A DNA stretch of 64,000 bases. It comes from Neoconidiobolus thromboides FSU 785. Lineage: Eukaryota; Fungi; Entomophthoromycota. A model generated the notes under the pieces. The model ran no database searches and was not told where the DNA came from. It saw only the letters and a program-made list of their open reading frames with translations. The DNA lies in the NCBI GenBank assembly GCA_025603075.1, contig MU626273.1:62001-126000 (forward strand), given 5' to 3'. Below, piece by piece: positions 38,838-52,638 of this stretch. A program made the position numbers and the translations under genes. Numbering within the stretch: the first letter of the stretch is position 1; each line of letters opens with the position of its first letter.

Positions 38838-40823
38838 GTATATGTTTATTAAAAAAAGGAAAACGACTTTTAAAATTGGAAGAAATATAAACTTGATAAT
38901 CTTAGTAAATATAAATTAATAAAAACAGCTAACAATAATTATAGCCTAGTAATTTTAGTAAAATTTAATACTAAGTGATTTGCTGAATCTAAGCTCTGGC
39001 CAATAATAATTAAAACCTCCTTATGAAATCAACACTTCTAAAAGGAATTTGAATTATTGGTTTTAAGTAATAATTTAACTAATTTTACTTATAACCATTA
39101 GTTTATTTTAAAACTTGCATTCTTTACCAAATCCAGCATTCAATAAGATTTGAAGCTGGACTTATTGAAAAGATCTTCTAATTATTTCTATTTTATTACT
39201 AAAAATAGTTTAAATTTTGTTTTTCTAAAAGCTGATTAAGTTTAATTACTATCAACTTATAAATAGTATCCTTTGTTATTAACAATATATTAATATAGTA
39301 GAAATTTAATGTAGTTATAAAGTCCTATTTATTCAAAGATTAGTATCATATTTATAATACTCAAAGCAGATAGCATTATAATAATAAGAACATTTCGTTT
39401 TAACTAAATACTTGTTTTACTTTGAACTATACTGATCATATTTCCAAAGGTACATTTCAAGTATTTAAGAATAATTATTAATACATCAATATAATGATTT
39501 ATTAATGACTTTTATTTAAATGATTTAACAATCTTGTGTAGCATGCTATTATTGTAATATATCTTTGCTGTTAGCCTTATAATATGTAAACTACCAACTA
39601 AAAAAGAACAAATATCGTAGATTTGAAAGAGACTTTTGATTTCTTTGGCTTTAAACGTAAGCTCAGGCTAATTGTCTCAGCTTAAAAAACTGTTTTATAG
39701 CAAGGAATCTGTTCTTATGTAACATTACATTTAAAACACCTTTTCCTGAGTATATCCTTTATTCTTAATTTGTAATTGAGTTAAAGTAATTTTCAAGAAT
39801 ATTAAATAATCTTTGGGCCAATAGCTTTTTTAATCCATCTGTTGCAGCTTTTATTGACTTTTTTAGTGGTAATTTTTATAGCTAAATTTTTTATATAATC
39901 AATTTTTTTTAACTCTAATCTTTGTTCTAGCGAACTTCGATACAAATTTTTTTCTTAAATATGTAGTTAGCTAAGTTGAAAACGAACTGCAACAGTTATA
40001 AGGCTGTAGGCTAAATTATTTTTAAAAGAGCGATATAAATTGGAAGTTTTATATTAAAAATTTTAATATACAACCTTAGATTAATAAATGGTTTTTATAT
40101 CTGTTGGTGTATGAGCTAATCTCTGAAATTAATTAATTATTGTTTATACATAATGAATTTAATGCAAATAATATACAATATATATTATTTACAAGGATTT
40201 AATAATGTTTCTAGTTAAACCTTTTTAAAAGCTGATCTTATAATATTTATTTTACTATGTTAAAGGTTAAAAGTAGCATTCCCTTATCTATCTGATTTAA
40301 AAATAAACATTTAAATTAGTCTATTTGAGTTCGTTGTTATTATTACCATCACTACTGTTTCATTCAGAAAGCGAATTATTTAGCAATGATTTTTATATCT
40401 TAATTTATGCGAATACTTTATTAGAGTCTGACTGATTATAGTTCGTCAGTTTGGGTATAGCTTTATTCTCAAATGAATAATGAGATAGTTCTCAAAAGAG
40501 ACGAAACAAACATATTTCAATTATTAATTTATTAATAAAAATGTTATAATGAGACTTGACGCAAGAGTAGAATAACTTTTCGTGGTTAATTTGAGTAGTT
40601 GGATTTAAACTTAGTTTCAAATGATTGTCAAGTAATTTTTCTTGGCTATAGTCAACAATTTTCAATCGTTCATTTTAAGTTTAATTTTGGATTTTCCCAC
40701 ACTGTTTTTTTTGAATAGAATTTAACTATTGAAAATAGTTGAATTTTTCCAAGCTTTTTTTTGAGCAAGTGATTTAAACTTAATTTTAGCTGGTAAAATA
40801 ATTTATGGGCTACTGCAACTATT

Positions 40824-40920
40824 GGGGATGTTTTTTTTGATTTCATTATTTTTCCATTTTTAAGCGCTATTTGAGTGGAAAGATTGCTAGTAAAATTATT
40901 AAACACAAAAAAACATTCTC
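40824..40920 (-). mobile_element. MITE family 1 copy 14 (ATTG/ATTG if the left end has lost one G)
   Basis: Full reverse copy. Confidence 0.9.
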
Positions 40921-41191
40921 ATTGTAATACAATTTGTGGTAATTTGAAGCTAGTTCTATGATTATTTGGTTTTTTTATTATACTGATTTCTATTTTAATT
41001 TGGTATTAATAAGGTTTTATTCTTAAATAATCAACTATGTTATGTTGCAGTAGAGGTGTGGTAGCTTTGTTAATTTAATATTTTATTTATTTTTTTAACA
41101 ATTTATTTATTTTAAATACCCTATAATAAATTTACCTATAACGAATTATTTTTTGGTTTTATTTTAATCAAACATTTTAAAAACACAATAT

Positions 41192-41265
41192 GAGGATGTA
41201 TTTTTTAAGCCCTATTTGAGCAGAAAAACTGATAGTAAAATTATTAAACAAAAAAATACATTTCC
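41192..41265 (-). mobile_element. MITE family 1 copy 15, internally deleted (TSD ATAT/ATAT)
   Basis: Both ends kept; about 25 nt lost between two T runs. Confidence 0.82.
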
Positions 41266-41845
41266 ATATGATCCTATAAATTGATTAGTATAATCATTAT
41301 TATTTTGGGTATATTTTTTTGGTTTATTATATCTAACACATTACTATCTACTATCAACGTTCTAGATAATAATATATTTGCAAATTCTACTAAAGAATTC
41401 CTTCACTAAACGCAAAACTATGATATTTTAACTTATATAAATAGCTACTAGATACTTATATTATTTGCATATTATGAGATCAAAGAAGTGTATACTATTA
41501 GTTTAAGTAAAGTTTTTATCAATTGATTAATTTTTAAATTTTTCTTTTGATTTCCCTTGATGTCAATGTTGCTTTTAATCGTTTAATACTGTTTATGACC
41601 AATTACGAAAAAACAAATATTTGACTCATTTAGGTGAGAGAATTCAAAATATGTAAAAGCAGTGTTATCTAATTAAATGTTTTGAATCTCTTAATTTTAA
41701 GCTTTTAATTGGCCCCCTCTAGTTTTACATGTTTCGAATTATCTCAATTGAGTTAGTCAAATGCCTCTATTTTTTGTAATTAGTTTATTTTAATAATTAG
41801 CGAGACAATACTGTTTTTTAGTTTTTAATTTGAAAACTGCTTTAT

Positions 41846-41941
41846 AGAGATATATTTTTGTATTTAATAATTTTACTAACAATTTTTCCGCTCAAATAGT
41901 GCTTAAAAGATGGAAAAAGTGATGAAACCAAAAACATCCCC
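41846..41941 (+). mobile_element. MITE family 1 copy 16 (TSD TTAT/TTAT)
   Basis: The non-ANNT TSD shows that the A and T next to the G/C runs belong to the target site, not to the element. Confidence 0.9.
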
Positions 41942-42184
41942 TTATGCTATTTTTTAGTATTTTTGCTTCTATTAAAATGTTTATTTTTTAATTTTTTAAT
42001 GCATCCATACTATCGTGTTTAGCCCCTATGATATCTTCTAGTCTAAACAGAAATTCTTCGTCTTTAGTCTTAACTCTTTTTAGCAACTTATTGATAGTTG
42101 AATAAAACCTATTATTCATCTTATAAGTACACTTAAAAATATATAAAAAGCTATTAATAATGTACTTATTTTACGTCTAAATAT

Positions 42185-42282
42185 GGGAATGTGTCTTTAT
42201 ATTTAGGAATTTTACTAACAACTTTTCTACTCAAATAGCGCTTGAAAGATAGAAAAAGTGATGAAGCTAAAAAAGCATCACC
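42185..42282 (+). mobile_element. MITE family 1 copy 17 (TSD ATAT/ATAT)
   Basis: Full copy about 100 bp past the ATPase stop codon. Confidence 0.9.
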
Positions 42283-42383
42283 ATATCAATTTATCTTAAA
42301 GAATAGTAATATTTTAGTTAAAAAAATTAACGATCTTCGAATACGATGTTTTATTTTAAATTTTTATAGTTTAAATAAGTATA

Positions 42384-44122
42384 TTATGCTCTAATAAAGG
42401 AACGTGTAGTACGTACAGTTGGATGCATCATCAATCCTTCAATATCCGGGTTGAACTTGATAGGATTGAAACGTTTGAGTAAAAAGAACCTTATTGAGCA
42501 GTAGATAATTAAAGCACAGCCAGCAATGATAGGACCAGCAATAAATTGGAATGGGAAATTAGGTGAGGTACCAAATACAAAATTAACACCTGGGCAGTAT
42601 AATATAAATAATTGTAAAGCGAACCCTAAAAATATCCCAACGAAATTACGATAGTTTGAGAAAATGTGTTTTCCAAATGGGTAGGTTAATCTGGATTTAC
42701 AAGCAAACATATTAAAAGCTTGTATCACACAAACCGATAATGTATAACAGGACTGAAATTGTGCTAGAATGTCCACTAACTCACTACGTGTAAATCCTTG
42801 ACCACCCTTAGTATAAAACATAGTATCTCTATCTGGCATATCATCAAATGCCCTTTGCTGTTGGAAGTTTATAGAATCGTAAAATGGAATTCCACGATAG
42901 CTAAGTACAAAGAAAGACGTGATAGCAGCACCAAACACTTCAATAACTCCTGCTTCAAAGAATGCCCAAGATATAAGATTCAAATCCACTACCGTTTCAT
43001 CTTCATTGTTTTCGAATAAATCAGTCCAATACTGTTTGGAAAATATCCTTGAAACTGAATGGAAAAATTTCTTTAATCCAGAAGGTTGTTTCTCATTTCC
43101 GGTCTCTGGGTCAATAGTAGGTTGAATCTCAGCTGCTTTTATACGACGGAATCTTTCTACTGAAGCTTCAGTTACTGGTTTACGAGGTGGGAGTTTCATT
43201 AGTCCAGTCTTAGATTCAGGCTTATCCCAAGCAAAAGTCAATGCAAGACATAACTCAAATCCAAGATCGATAGACAAAATTTGAAGAGGATTTAGCAGAA
43301 GAGGGATTGGAACAATAATATAAAGGAGTTGAGGAATAACTTCTGGCAACGTATGTGTAATTGTATAGCGGATAGACTTTTTAAGGTTAACAAAAATAAG
43401 ACGACCTTCTTCAATACCACGGACAGTAGAAGCAAAATTATCATCAAGTAAAATCATTGAAGCAGCTTCTTTAGATACATCAGAGCCAGATTCATTCATT
43501 GCAATACCAAGATCTGCTTNNNNNNNNNNNNNNNNNNNNNNNNNNNNNNNNNNNNNNNNNNNNNNNNNNNNNNNNNNNNNNNNNNNNNNNNNNNNNNNNN
43601 NNNNNNNNNNNNNNNNNNNCCCATACGAACAAACACAATATCACCTGGAACCAAATCTGCTCCAGCTATTTGTGTTAGTGACCCGCCACGCACCGCACGA
43701 CATTGTTGAGGAATCATATTGAGGAAAGATTCTAAGGCATTTGCAGATTTTTGAAGTTGAATAAATTCAATAAGGGCATTAAGAAGTGCAACACCAACAA
43801 GGATAGCACCAATATAAGATGAAGAAAAGTTATCTACAGTGTCAATACCAAAAATGACGAAAGTCATAATACCGGCTAAAACTAAAAGTACGTTAAAAAG
43901 ATTTCCTAAACATTCAAGGAAACGGACAATTGGGTGCTTTCTTTTAGCAGGACTTAGAGTGTTCGGACCGTAGACTTCTTTAGCTTTTTGGATTTTTTCT
44001 GGAGTCAAACCTTGACTATCAGCTGGTTTTCCTTGGTTTACGTTGGTTTCAAACTTTTTACATACTTCATCTAGAGGGAGTAAATGCTCCACGATTTCGA
44101 CTTGTTTAACCTTTTCCTTCAT
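42384..44122 (-). CDS. P-type IIC (Na,K/H,K-like) ATPase alpha subunit, copy 1, centre hidden in gap
   Basis: N-terminal EHLLPL..QGLT..YGPNTL and M1-M2; after the gap ADLGIAMNESGSDVSKEAASMILLDDNF and M5-M10. Close paralog of 47324..50567. Confidence 0.88.
43520..43619. other. Assembly gap (100 N placeholder)
   Basis: The equivalent interval in ATPase copy 2 spans about 1.6 kb, so the gap is probably under-sized. Confidence 0.95.
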
Positions 44123-45858
44123 TTTTAATAAATTCCAACTATGTATTTAATAGCTTAGGTCAAGTGGTATTATGTAGTGAATTAAATTAAGTAGTTAGTT
44201 TTTTTAAGTTGTACTTTTGATATATCTAAAATATGAAATTGAAATTTTTATTAAATATGAGGATAATTTTAGGGTTTAAATATCATCCATACTTCCGTTT
44301 CATTGTTATCAAGCAAAATATATTATCTATTGTTCAAATTAAAAAAAATCTAAATTCGATTAAACCTTTTAGCTTTGATGCAGTATACCCCATAGCTAAT
44401 TTTAATATGTATAGTGTGGAGCTGATATGTATAGCCTTGGTCTTTTATTGATTGATTGCTAATTACAGCAAAACTTTTATTTTTGAAGCTTATAGTGAGT
44501 CAATCAGGGGAATTTTTGCTTAAAACGAGAATTATAGGCTAGAGTTTGATCAGAATGAGGGGAAATTTATTATAATGTAATGGAATGTTCCTTAATGAGT
44601 AAAGTTAATTATAAATTAAAATATTTCTTATTATAGCTTATTAGAGAAGTATTTATCTCAATGAGGGGCATTTAAATAAAGATATAATATACATAAATTA
44701 AATACATCACCTAAGCAGCTGGTATGTTCTATTAAATTAAATCACTGTTAAATTTTTATTGATCGTTTAGTATTTCAAATGTTTTGGAAGTTTTAACTAA
44801 TTTGAGCTACCTAAATTTGTGATATTTTAAATTACTTAATATTCAATCATAGCTAACTACATTCACTTAAATTTATAAACATCTGACACTAATATAATAT
44901 TAAAAATTAGGTGAATATTAATTTTGAAATGAAATAATTCAAAGCATAAATTGCTTTGAATTGACAAGATTTAAAATAAATACAATTGATACTTGTTTTG
45001 AGAAAATAGCTGGCGTATGCAACCCTAAAATTATGTTAGCTTGAATGAAATATGTAAAATATAATTCGCTGGTATGAGATTTATAAAGATTTAATGAGTT
45101 GCCATTTTATACTACACCCATGTCAGTATTAATTTGACCGCTTTAAAACTCAAAATTTATGCTCTATTAAACACAGCTGCTCCATCTCTTTTGCGATATT
45201 TTTAGCGGTGATTTTTATAATTGATTTATTTATATATTAGGTTTTTTTTATATTCTGGTGCTTATATTTGAATCAAATTTTGATGATTATTTTTATATGA
45301 GCAGTTAATCAAGTTGTAAAAAGGCTGAAACAAGCATATTTGTATTGATTAGATTCTTATCTTGGCTAATACACTTGTAAAAGATCAATTTATGCATCCT
45401 TAAAAAGTTTCTGATATCAATAGTTTAAATTTAAGTATAGTCATACTTATACATATTTGCGTTTTTTATCCACCCCTTTTATTAAATTACAAATCAATTT
45501 GAAATAAAAATGACTAATACAATTTACAATAGAAAATGATATAGTTAATGTAGAACTCTTCTGTTTTTGAAAATTAATCCTTGCTATATCTAATTAGTTT
45601 GGACTTATTTGTTCAAAGTTAAAATCAATTAAAACTCACTACAAAAACAATGTTAAGAATATTTAAACAAACCTTTTATTATTTAGCTCAATTTTTTGTT
45701 GATTGCTTTTAATTTATTAGTTTATTATTATTTTAAGTTATATATAGGTATATCTAGTTATTGTTAATAGTATACAAATTAAATAAAATAAAATAATATT
45801 TTAAAAACTACAAATAATAAATTAATAGTTGATAATTATTTTTATTTTATTAATAAAT

Positions 45859-45949
45859 GGAGATGTATTTTTTTGTTCAAGAAATTTTGCTGGTAGCTTT
45901 TCCACTCAAATAGTGCTAAAAAATGAAAGAAGTAATGAAAAACACTCTC
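45859..45949 (+). mobile_element. MITE family 1 copy 18 (TSD AAAT/AAAT)
   Basis: Diverged copy with both ends. Confidence 0.85.
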
Positions 45950-46122
45950 AAATGTTAAAAAACTTTTTATCAATAAAATTAAAACAATAAAAAAAAGGTA
46001 CAATAATAAAAGTCGAAAAGTTATTAAAGTTTATAGCTTGTTTAAAGCTGATAATAATTATAGAAAGGCATCTCTAAAACAGAAGTTTCAAAGCCAAAAA
46101 ATAAATATTAATGTTATAAAAT

Positions 46123-46210
46123 GGGGGATATTCTTTTGGTTTCATCACTTTCCACTTTTTGAGTGCTATTTCATCGGAAAGATTGTTAGTAAGATTCTTA
46201 ATAAAATAAT
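46123..46210 (-). mobile_element. MITE family 1 copy 19, one end lost
   Basis: GGGGGATATTCTTTTGGTTTCATCACTTTCC...GATTGTTAGTAAGATTCTTAA aligns to the reverse consensus. Confidence 0.78.
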
Positions 46211-46214
46211 ATTT

Positions 46215-46244
46215 GGGGATGTATTCTATTGTTTGATTTAATAG
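46215..46244 (+). mobile_element. MITE family 1 terminal fragment abutting copy 19
   Basis: ATTT|GGGGATGTATTCT left TIR only. Confidence 0.55.
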
Positions 46245-46491
46245 TTAATTATTTTTATTTTGTTTTATATGATTCATTAATTATTACATACTATTTTTCT
46301 ATTTATAAATCTATTTTAATTGTTAAAAAACTCTTATAGCTTTTTTTGCTAAGTATCAAATTTCATATAGTTGTATATTATTTAGATTTTTAACATTTAA
46401 ATTTTTAATATTAAAACTAACATTAGAATTATTTTATTTTTTGTTTTTACTTTTATTTTTATTTTTTATTTTTATTTAAGATTTAAGATTT

Positions 46492-46589
46492 GAGGGTGTT
46501 TTTTTTAGCTTTATCGCTTTTTCCATTTTCAAGCACTATTTGAGTGAAAAGGTTGTCAGTGAAATCCTTAAACAAAAAAATACATCCCC
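46492..46589 (-). mobile_element. MITE family 1 copy 20 (TSD ATTT/ATTT)
   Basis: Full reverse copy. Confidence 0.9.
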
Positions 46590-46915
46590 ATTTATATAAC
46601 TACTTTTAATACTTATATGCTAAATAAATTGGCTTTAAAAAAATTCATATGATAAAAAGTTTTTTTAGTAAATTTAAAACATTAGCTAACATTAATAAAA
46701 TAAAATAGAATCAAAATTGGCTATTAAATATTTTGTTTTTAAAACCTTTAAATATTAAACAAAATTAAATAATAATTGTTAATGTATTTAATTTAACTAA
46801 ACAAGTTCTTAAGCATGGATTAGACTGTTTTGGATAGAAATTAAACACAGTAAAATCAGGCCTTTCTAAAACACAAACCTATTTATTTTAATAAATGAAT
46901 GAAATAACAACATAT

Positions 46916-47013
46916 GAGGATGTATTTTTTCGTTTATGAATTTTACTAAGAATTTTTCCACTCAAATAGCGCTTAAAAAATGGAAAAGTAATGGAATCAA
47001 AAAAAACATCCCC
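46916..47013 (+). mobile_element. MITE family 1 copy 21 (TSD ATAT/ATAT)
   Basis: Full copy. Confidence 0.92.
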
Positions 47014-47323
47014 ATATTTCAATTAGAATCCTACATACTTCTAGAACAGCTTGCAGTTAAATCTCTTCCAGTTATTTTTATTTAGTTAAATATATTGATA
47101 TAAGCTTCTGGGTAAAAAAGTTAGCTCTTAATTTTATAAAAAAAATTGACTACAAACTAAAAATAAAAGGCATCTTGACTACAAGTCATTCTACCAATTC
47201 ATTTATAAGGCTGAAAAAAATTATATTTCAATCATTAAAATTGAAAGTGTCTAAAACTTCGATAAAATTATTTATTAAACTTTAAATTAGAAAAATACAC
47301 CAAAATTAAAGATTGGCCTAATG

Positions 47324-50300
47324 TTATCTAGTGGTGTTTTGGGTGGTTGATTTCATCGTACGAATAGTTGGGTGCATCATGAGTCCTGGAATTTCTGGGT
47401 TATAACGAATAGGATTGAATCTTTGACGTAAGAAAAATCGAACTGAAGAGTAGATTAACAAAATTATACCAGAGACAATAGGACCAACTATGAATTGGAA
47501 TGGCATCGATGGCGAGGTACCAAATACGAAATTAATACCAGGTACATAGATTATAATGAAAATGAGTGCAAATCCAAAAGCAATACCAACAAAGTTTCTA
47601 TAATTTGTGAACATATGTTTGCCAAATGGATAGGTAATCCTTGCCTTACAGGCGAACATGTTAAAGGCCTGTATAGTCATAACAGATAATGTATATATAG
47701 TTTGAATTTGTCTAAGTACTTCAAGAGAGTCAGAACGATTATACACCTTTCCAGTTGATGTAGTAAACGTTACATCATCTTTGACATCTTCAAATAATCT
47801 AAGGTTTGCCATTCGGATTGATTCATTAAACGTGATTTCATGATAAGAGAATAAAAGGTAAGTGGTGACATATGCGCCCAAGGTCTCAATTACACCTGCC
47901 TCAAGGTAGCCCCAAGAAAGCAAATCCAAATCAACTACTGTTTCATCGTTAGTTGATTCAAATCTTTCTTTCCAAAATAAAGATGTAAAAAGTCGGGAGA
48001 AATTATGTGAGAATTTTTGGAATTTTGTTGGGGGAATTTCATTTCCAGTTTCAGGGTCAATCTTGGGTTGTAATTCTCTAGATTTAAAACGACGGAATCT
48101 TTCTACAGAGTCATCAGTTACTGGTTTACGAGGTGGGAGCTTCATTAAACCGGATGCAGTTTCAGGTTTGTCCCAAGCAAATGATAAAGCCAAGCATAAC
48201 TCAAATCCAAGATCGATAGCAAGAATAAGTAATGGATTGATCAAAAGTGGCATTGGAACAACAATATAAAGTAACTGAGGAATGACTTCTGGAATAGAAT
48301 GAGTAACAGTGTAACGGATGGATTTTTTCAAGTTTGTAAAAATAAGACGACCTTCTTCGACACCACGAATAGTAGAAGCAAAATTATCATCAAGTAAAAT
48401 CATTGAAGCAGCTTCTTTAGATACATCAGAGCCAGATTCATTCATTGCAATACCAAGATCTGCTTTCTTTAAAGCTGGTGAATCATTGACACCATCACCA
48501 GTAACACCAACAATATGTCCCATAGATTGAGCACGTTTGACAATCTCAAGCTTATGACGTGGAGAAGTACGAGCAAAAATAATTTCATTCTTAGCAAAGA
48601 TATTATCCCAATCTTGATCACTTAAACTATCAATTTGTTCACCATGAATGACAATAGCATCAAATTCATCTTCACCAATGGATTCAATTGGACGTCCAGT
48701 TTTCTTAGCAACCATTTCTTTAGTGTCAGAAAGCATTAAATTGATTTTACGACCAATAGCTTCAGCAGTAAGTGGGTGATCACCAGTTACCATCATTACA
48801 CGAATACCTGCAGTTCTGCACATACCAATAGCTTCACGGACACCATGTTTTGGAGGATCTTCTAATGAAGTGAGACCAACAAAAGTTAATTCAGTTGTTG
48901 GATAGTTGTTAAGTTTCTTATCAAATACAAAGTCTTTGGGGAATTGATCGCCTGGTAATAAAAGTTGGGCAAATGCAAGCACACGATGACCTTTGCCAGC
49001 CATGAGTTCATAGGTTTCTTGGAATTTTGCTTGATGTTCTTCAGTAAGTGGGATAGCTTGTCCATCAATTAAGATAGTTGAGCAGAGACGCAATACTCTT
49101 TCTGGAGCACCTTTCAAGTAAAGGATAAGATCACCATTAGCATGAGGAACTTGACTGATAGTCATAGCCCATTTGTTATCTGAGTTAAATGGAATATCAA
49201 AAACACGAGGATATTTATTTTGAAGGTTATCAAAATCGGATTGGCTTTGGGCAGCAAATCTTACAAGACCAGATTCAGTAGCATCACCAATAATCTCTCT
49301 TTTATCAACTGGAACATCAGTACGATCAAATTTAGCTCTGGAGTTCAATGAACAATTTAAAAGTACTTCATTAATACCAGGTGAATCAAGTTGAATGGGG
49401 TTTCCTAAGTTTCCAAGATTTCTTAATGCAGAATAAAGTTTTCCAGAAGTCCAAATGTTTGTTACAGTCATTTGATTACGAGTAAGAGTACCAGTTTTAT
49501 CAGTAGCAAGAAGAGTAATTGCACCTAGAGTTTCTACACCTTGAAGATCTTTCACCAAAACATTTTGTGTAGCCATACGCTTGGCAGCNNNNNNNNNNNN
49601 NNNNNNNNNNNNNNNNNNNNNNNNNNNNNNNNNNNNNNNNNNNNNNNNNNNNNNNNNNNNNNNNNNNNNNNNNNNNNNNNNNNNNNNNNNNNNNNNNNNN
49701 NNNNNNNNNNNNNNNNNNNNNNNNNNNNNNNNNNNNNNNNNNNNNNNNNNNNNNNNNNNNNNNNNNNNNNNNNNNNNNAATTTCAACTGAAAGTGGAGAA
49801 GGATTCTTCTTTTCATTAGCAGTTAAACCAGCAATCTGTCCTAATACAGTAGAGTCACCAGTTTTAATGACGATACCATAACCTTCACCAGCAACAACTA
49901 AGGTTCCATTGAAACCAATGTTATGAGCTTCAAGAGGATTCTTCATATCATTGTCAACAGCACGTGATTGTGGTTCTGATTCTCCTGTAAGAGAAGAGTT
50001 ATCCACTTTCATTTCAGAAACGTTAAAGAGATATAAATCAGCAGGAATTTTGTCACCCATACGAACAAACACAATATCACCTGGAACTAGTTCTCCAGCT
50101 GGAATCTGTGATAAAGAACCATTTCTAATGGCACGACATTGTTGAGGAATCATATTGAGGAAAGATTCTAAGGCATCAGCAGATTTTTGAAGTTGAATAA
50201 ATTCAATAAGGGCATTAAGAAGTGCAACACCAACAAGGATAGCACCAATATAAGATGAAGAGAAATTACCTACGGTATCAATACCGAAAAGAATAAAGGT

Positions 50301-50567
50301 CAAAATACCAGCTATTAATAAAAGTACATTGAAAAGATTTGCCAAACATTCAAGGAATCGAACAATTGGGTGTTTTTTCTTTGGAGGACTAAGAATGTTT
50401 GGACCATAGACCTCTTTAGCTTTTTGGATTTTTTCTGGAGTCAAACCTTGACTATCAGCTGGTTTCCCTTGGTTTACGTTGGTTTCAAGTCTACCACATA
50501 CATCCTCTAGAGGTAAGAGATGCTCTTCAATATCAACTCTCTTTACTTTTTCGTTTTTCTCAACCAT
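47324..50567 (-). CDS. P-type IIC (Na,K/H,K-like) ATPase alpha subunit, copy 2
   Basis: DNSSLTGESEPQSR, DKTGTLTRNQMTV, LKGAPE, MVTGDHPLTA, TGDGVNDSPALKKAD and M5-M10. The M3-M4 region lies in the 190-N gap. Confidence 0.95.
49589..49778. other. Assembly gap (190 N) covering ATPase M3-M4
   Basis: Length matches the roughly 63 codons expected between LSVEI and AAKRMA. Confidence 0.95.
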
Positions 50568-52638
50568 TTAAAAGATCGAGTTCTATAGTTTAGTTAAAGT
50601 TAAACAATATAAGGTATTAGTTAGGTATATAAAATAAGTTAATAGAAAGACAAGTTAAAAGTTAAGTAACTTAAATTAATATTTAAAAGTTAAGTTAAGG
50701 ATTTTTTCATTGTTTATATATTTGAGGCTGGGGCCTAGATAGCGGGAATATTCATGATTTAGTAATTATGCTTTAGATTAATATGATTTGCACTTGTCAA
50801 ATCTAGCTCAATAAAGTTAAAGTAAAAATGAATTTTATTGCAACCTCGTTGGGTATTGGATGAAATTGAAATTTGCAATTTTAAAAGTTAACGAATTCAC
50901 ATTCATTCAAATTTATAGTTCTTATCATTGGCTTAAAATGAGATAATCTTCACCCCTTCTTTATGTAATTATATTTACCTTTTCTTTTTAATGGGGTAAA
51001 GATTTAAGCCAAAAACAATAGTATACTTTAGAAAAAGAATATTAGATGGTCGTGTTTACATTAATATTTATGTATTTTAATAGTTTATAATATACAAAAA
51101 TATGATTTTGCAAAAACATGATTATTTTTATGATTTATGAAATTACATAAGCTTTGCCTCAAATTAACTAACCTAAATACCCAATATATTACAACTTTGG
51201 GTATAAGATTTCAATAACAAAAATTGATCAATTACTAGTGTTAAATATCTATAAGAATAATGAAAATTTGCATGCGCTTAAAGTGGGATAGTTAACCATA
51301 AAATATTGCAGGGGCCAAACTTGGCTTAAAAAAGAACTGTCAGTGCTAATTAGCAAATACCCTAAAATAAGTAACAATTTTAACCAATCAGCCTAATAAA
51401 ATTACAAGGTCAATAATATAATTTCATTATTTTTAGCCCGGTTAGGAATTAGATAAGAGAATAGGAACATGAATTATGGCTATTGTTTAAATTTAATTCT
51501 CCCATTCCTGTAATCTTTGTTTTTTTTGCCGAATCTCAAAATAAAAACTTTATTGAAAATACATAACTAAACCTCCTACTAGTAAAAATTATATTAATAA
51601 ATGTTTATTTATTTATTGATATGTTTGTGTAAACCAATTTTCTCCACATTTGTCTATAAAATCATTATAAGCTTTTGACTTGGTTTTAACAACTATAGAA
51701 CGTATAAAATAAATTTGATTTTTTAATATATTTGCTATAAGCTCCTATTAAAATCTTATTACTAAATTAAGGCCAATTTAAAATCCTAACTGGATTCTGT
51801 TGGTTATACTGATACTAACATTAATAATATATTATCAAATTATTAAGTGGAAAACATACTACATAGTAGCGCGTGTAGTGTTTGGTATTGAGCTTTTAAT
51901 TAATAGCATCAAATTATAATACTGTATATTATATGCTATAACAGTATTATATGTTTCATATATCTATAATCTTTATTTCAAAGAATGTTCCAAAGCTTAA
52001 CGTTTATTTTCCAATTTGTAAACAATTTTGATTTTTTCTTTATACGATGCTATTTTTACGTTACAACGATAAAATAAACATGTTGAGTTACTTTTTTAAC
52101 TGACAGAATTATTTTTTCATTTTGAATTCTTTGAATTGAAGACTAATAGACCTAAGTACTTTATTAATATGAAGTAATCGAAGGGTTTGTATTATTTTCT
52201 ATTAAAGGCTTATTTAATGAGGGGTTTATTAAATTTTTATCAATGTGTAATAGACTGTGGGGCTACGATAAGACTTGTTAAATCATTAGTTAAGCCAATT
52301 TTAGAGTAGCTGAGATTAAATCACTAGTTTAAAGCTTAGCTAGGGATAAGTAAAAACCCCAAATTTCCATTCATCTAATCATTTGAACTTTAGTTGATAG
52401 TCTAAAGGCAGATTTTTAAATTGAAGATCTATTTGTAAAACTTTTCAAATAATGTAGGTTTGATACTGTGAATCAACATAAAGATGCAAAATATTTGCCC
52501 AGTTGCTGCATTTTTTTATATATCGTAGTAATCGGAAACCCATATTATGTTTTTGTGTTGGTTTGTAAGGTTCAGTCTACACTATACAAAAGAAAGACGA
52601 CTTAAGCTAGAAAATAGTAAAAAAAAAAAGGACTATTT

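Noticed and set aside
39480-39960. Possible decayed reverse-transcriptase fragment on the minus strand (SLRLKPKKSKV)
   Set aside because: One short motif among many stops, no YADD-like motif; not supportable without a TBLASTN/HMM search.
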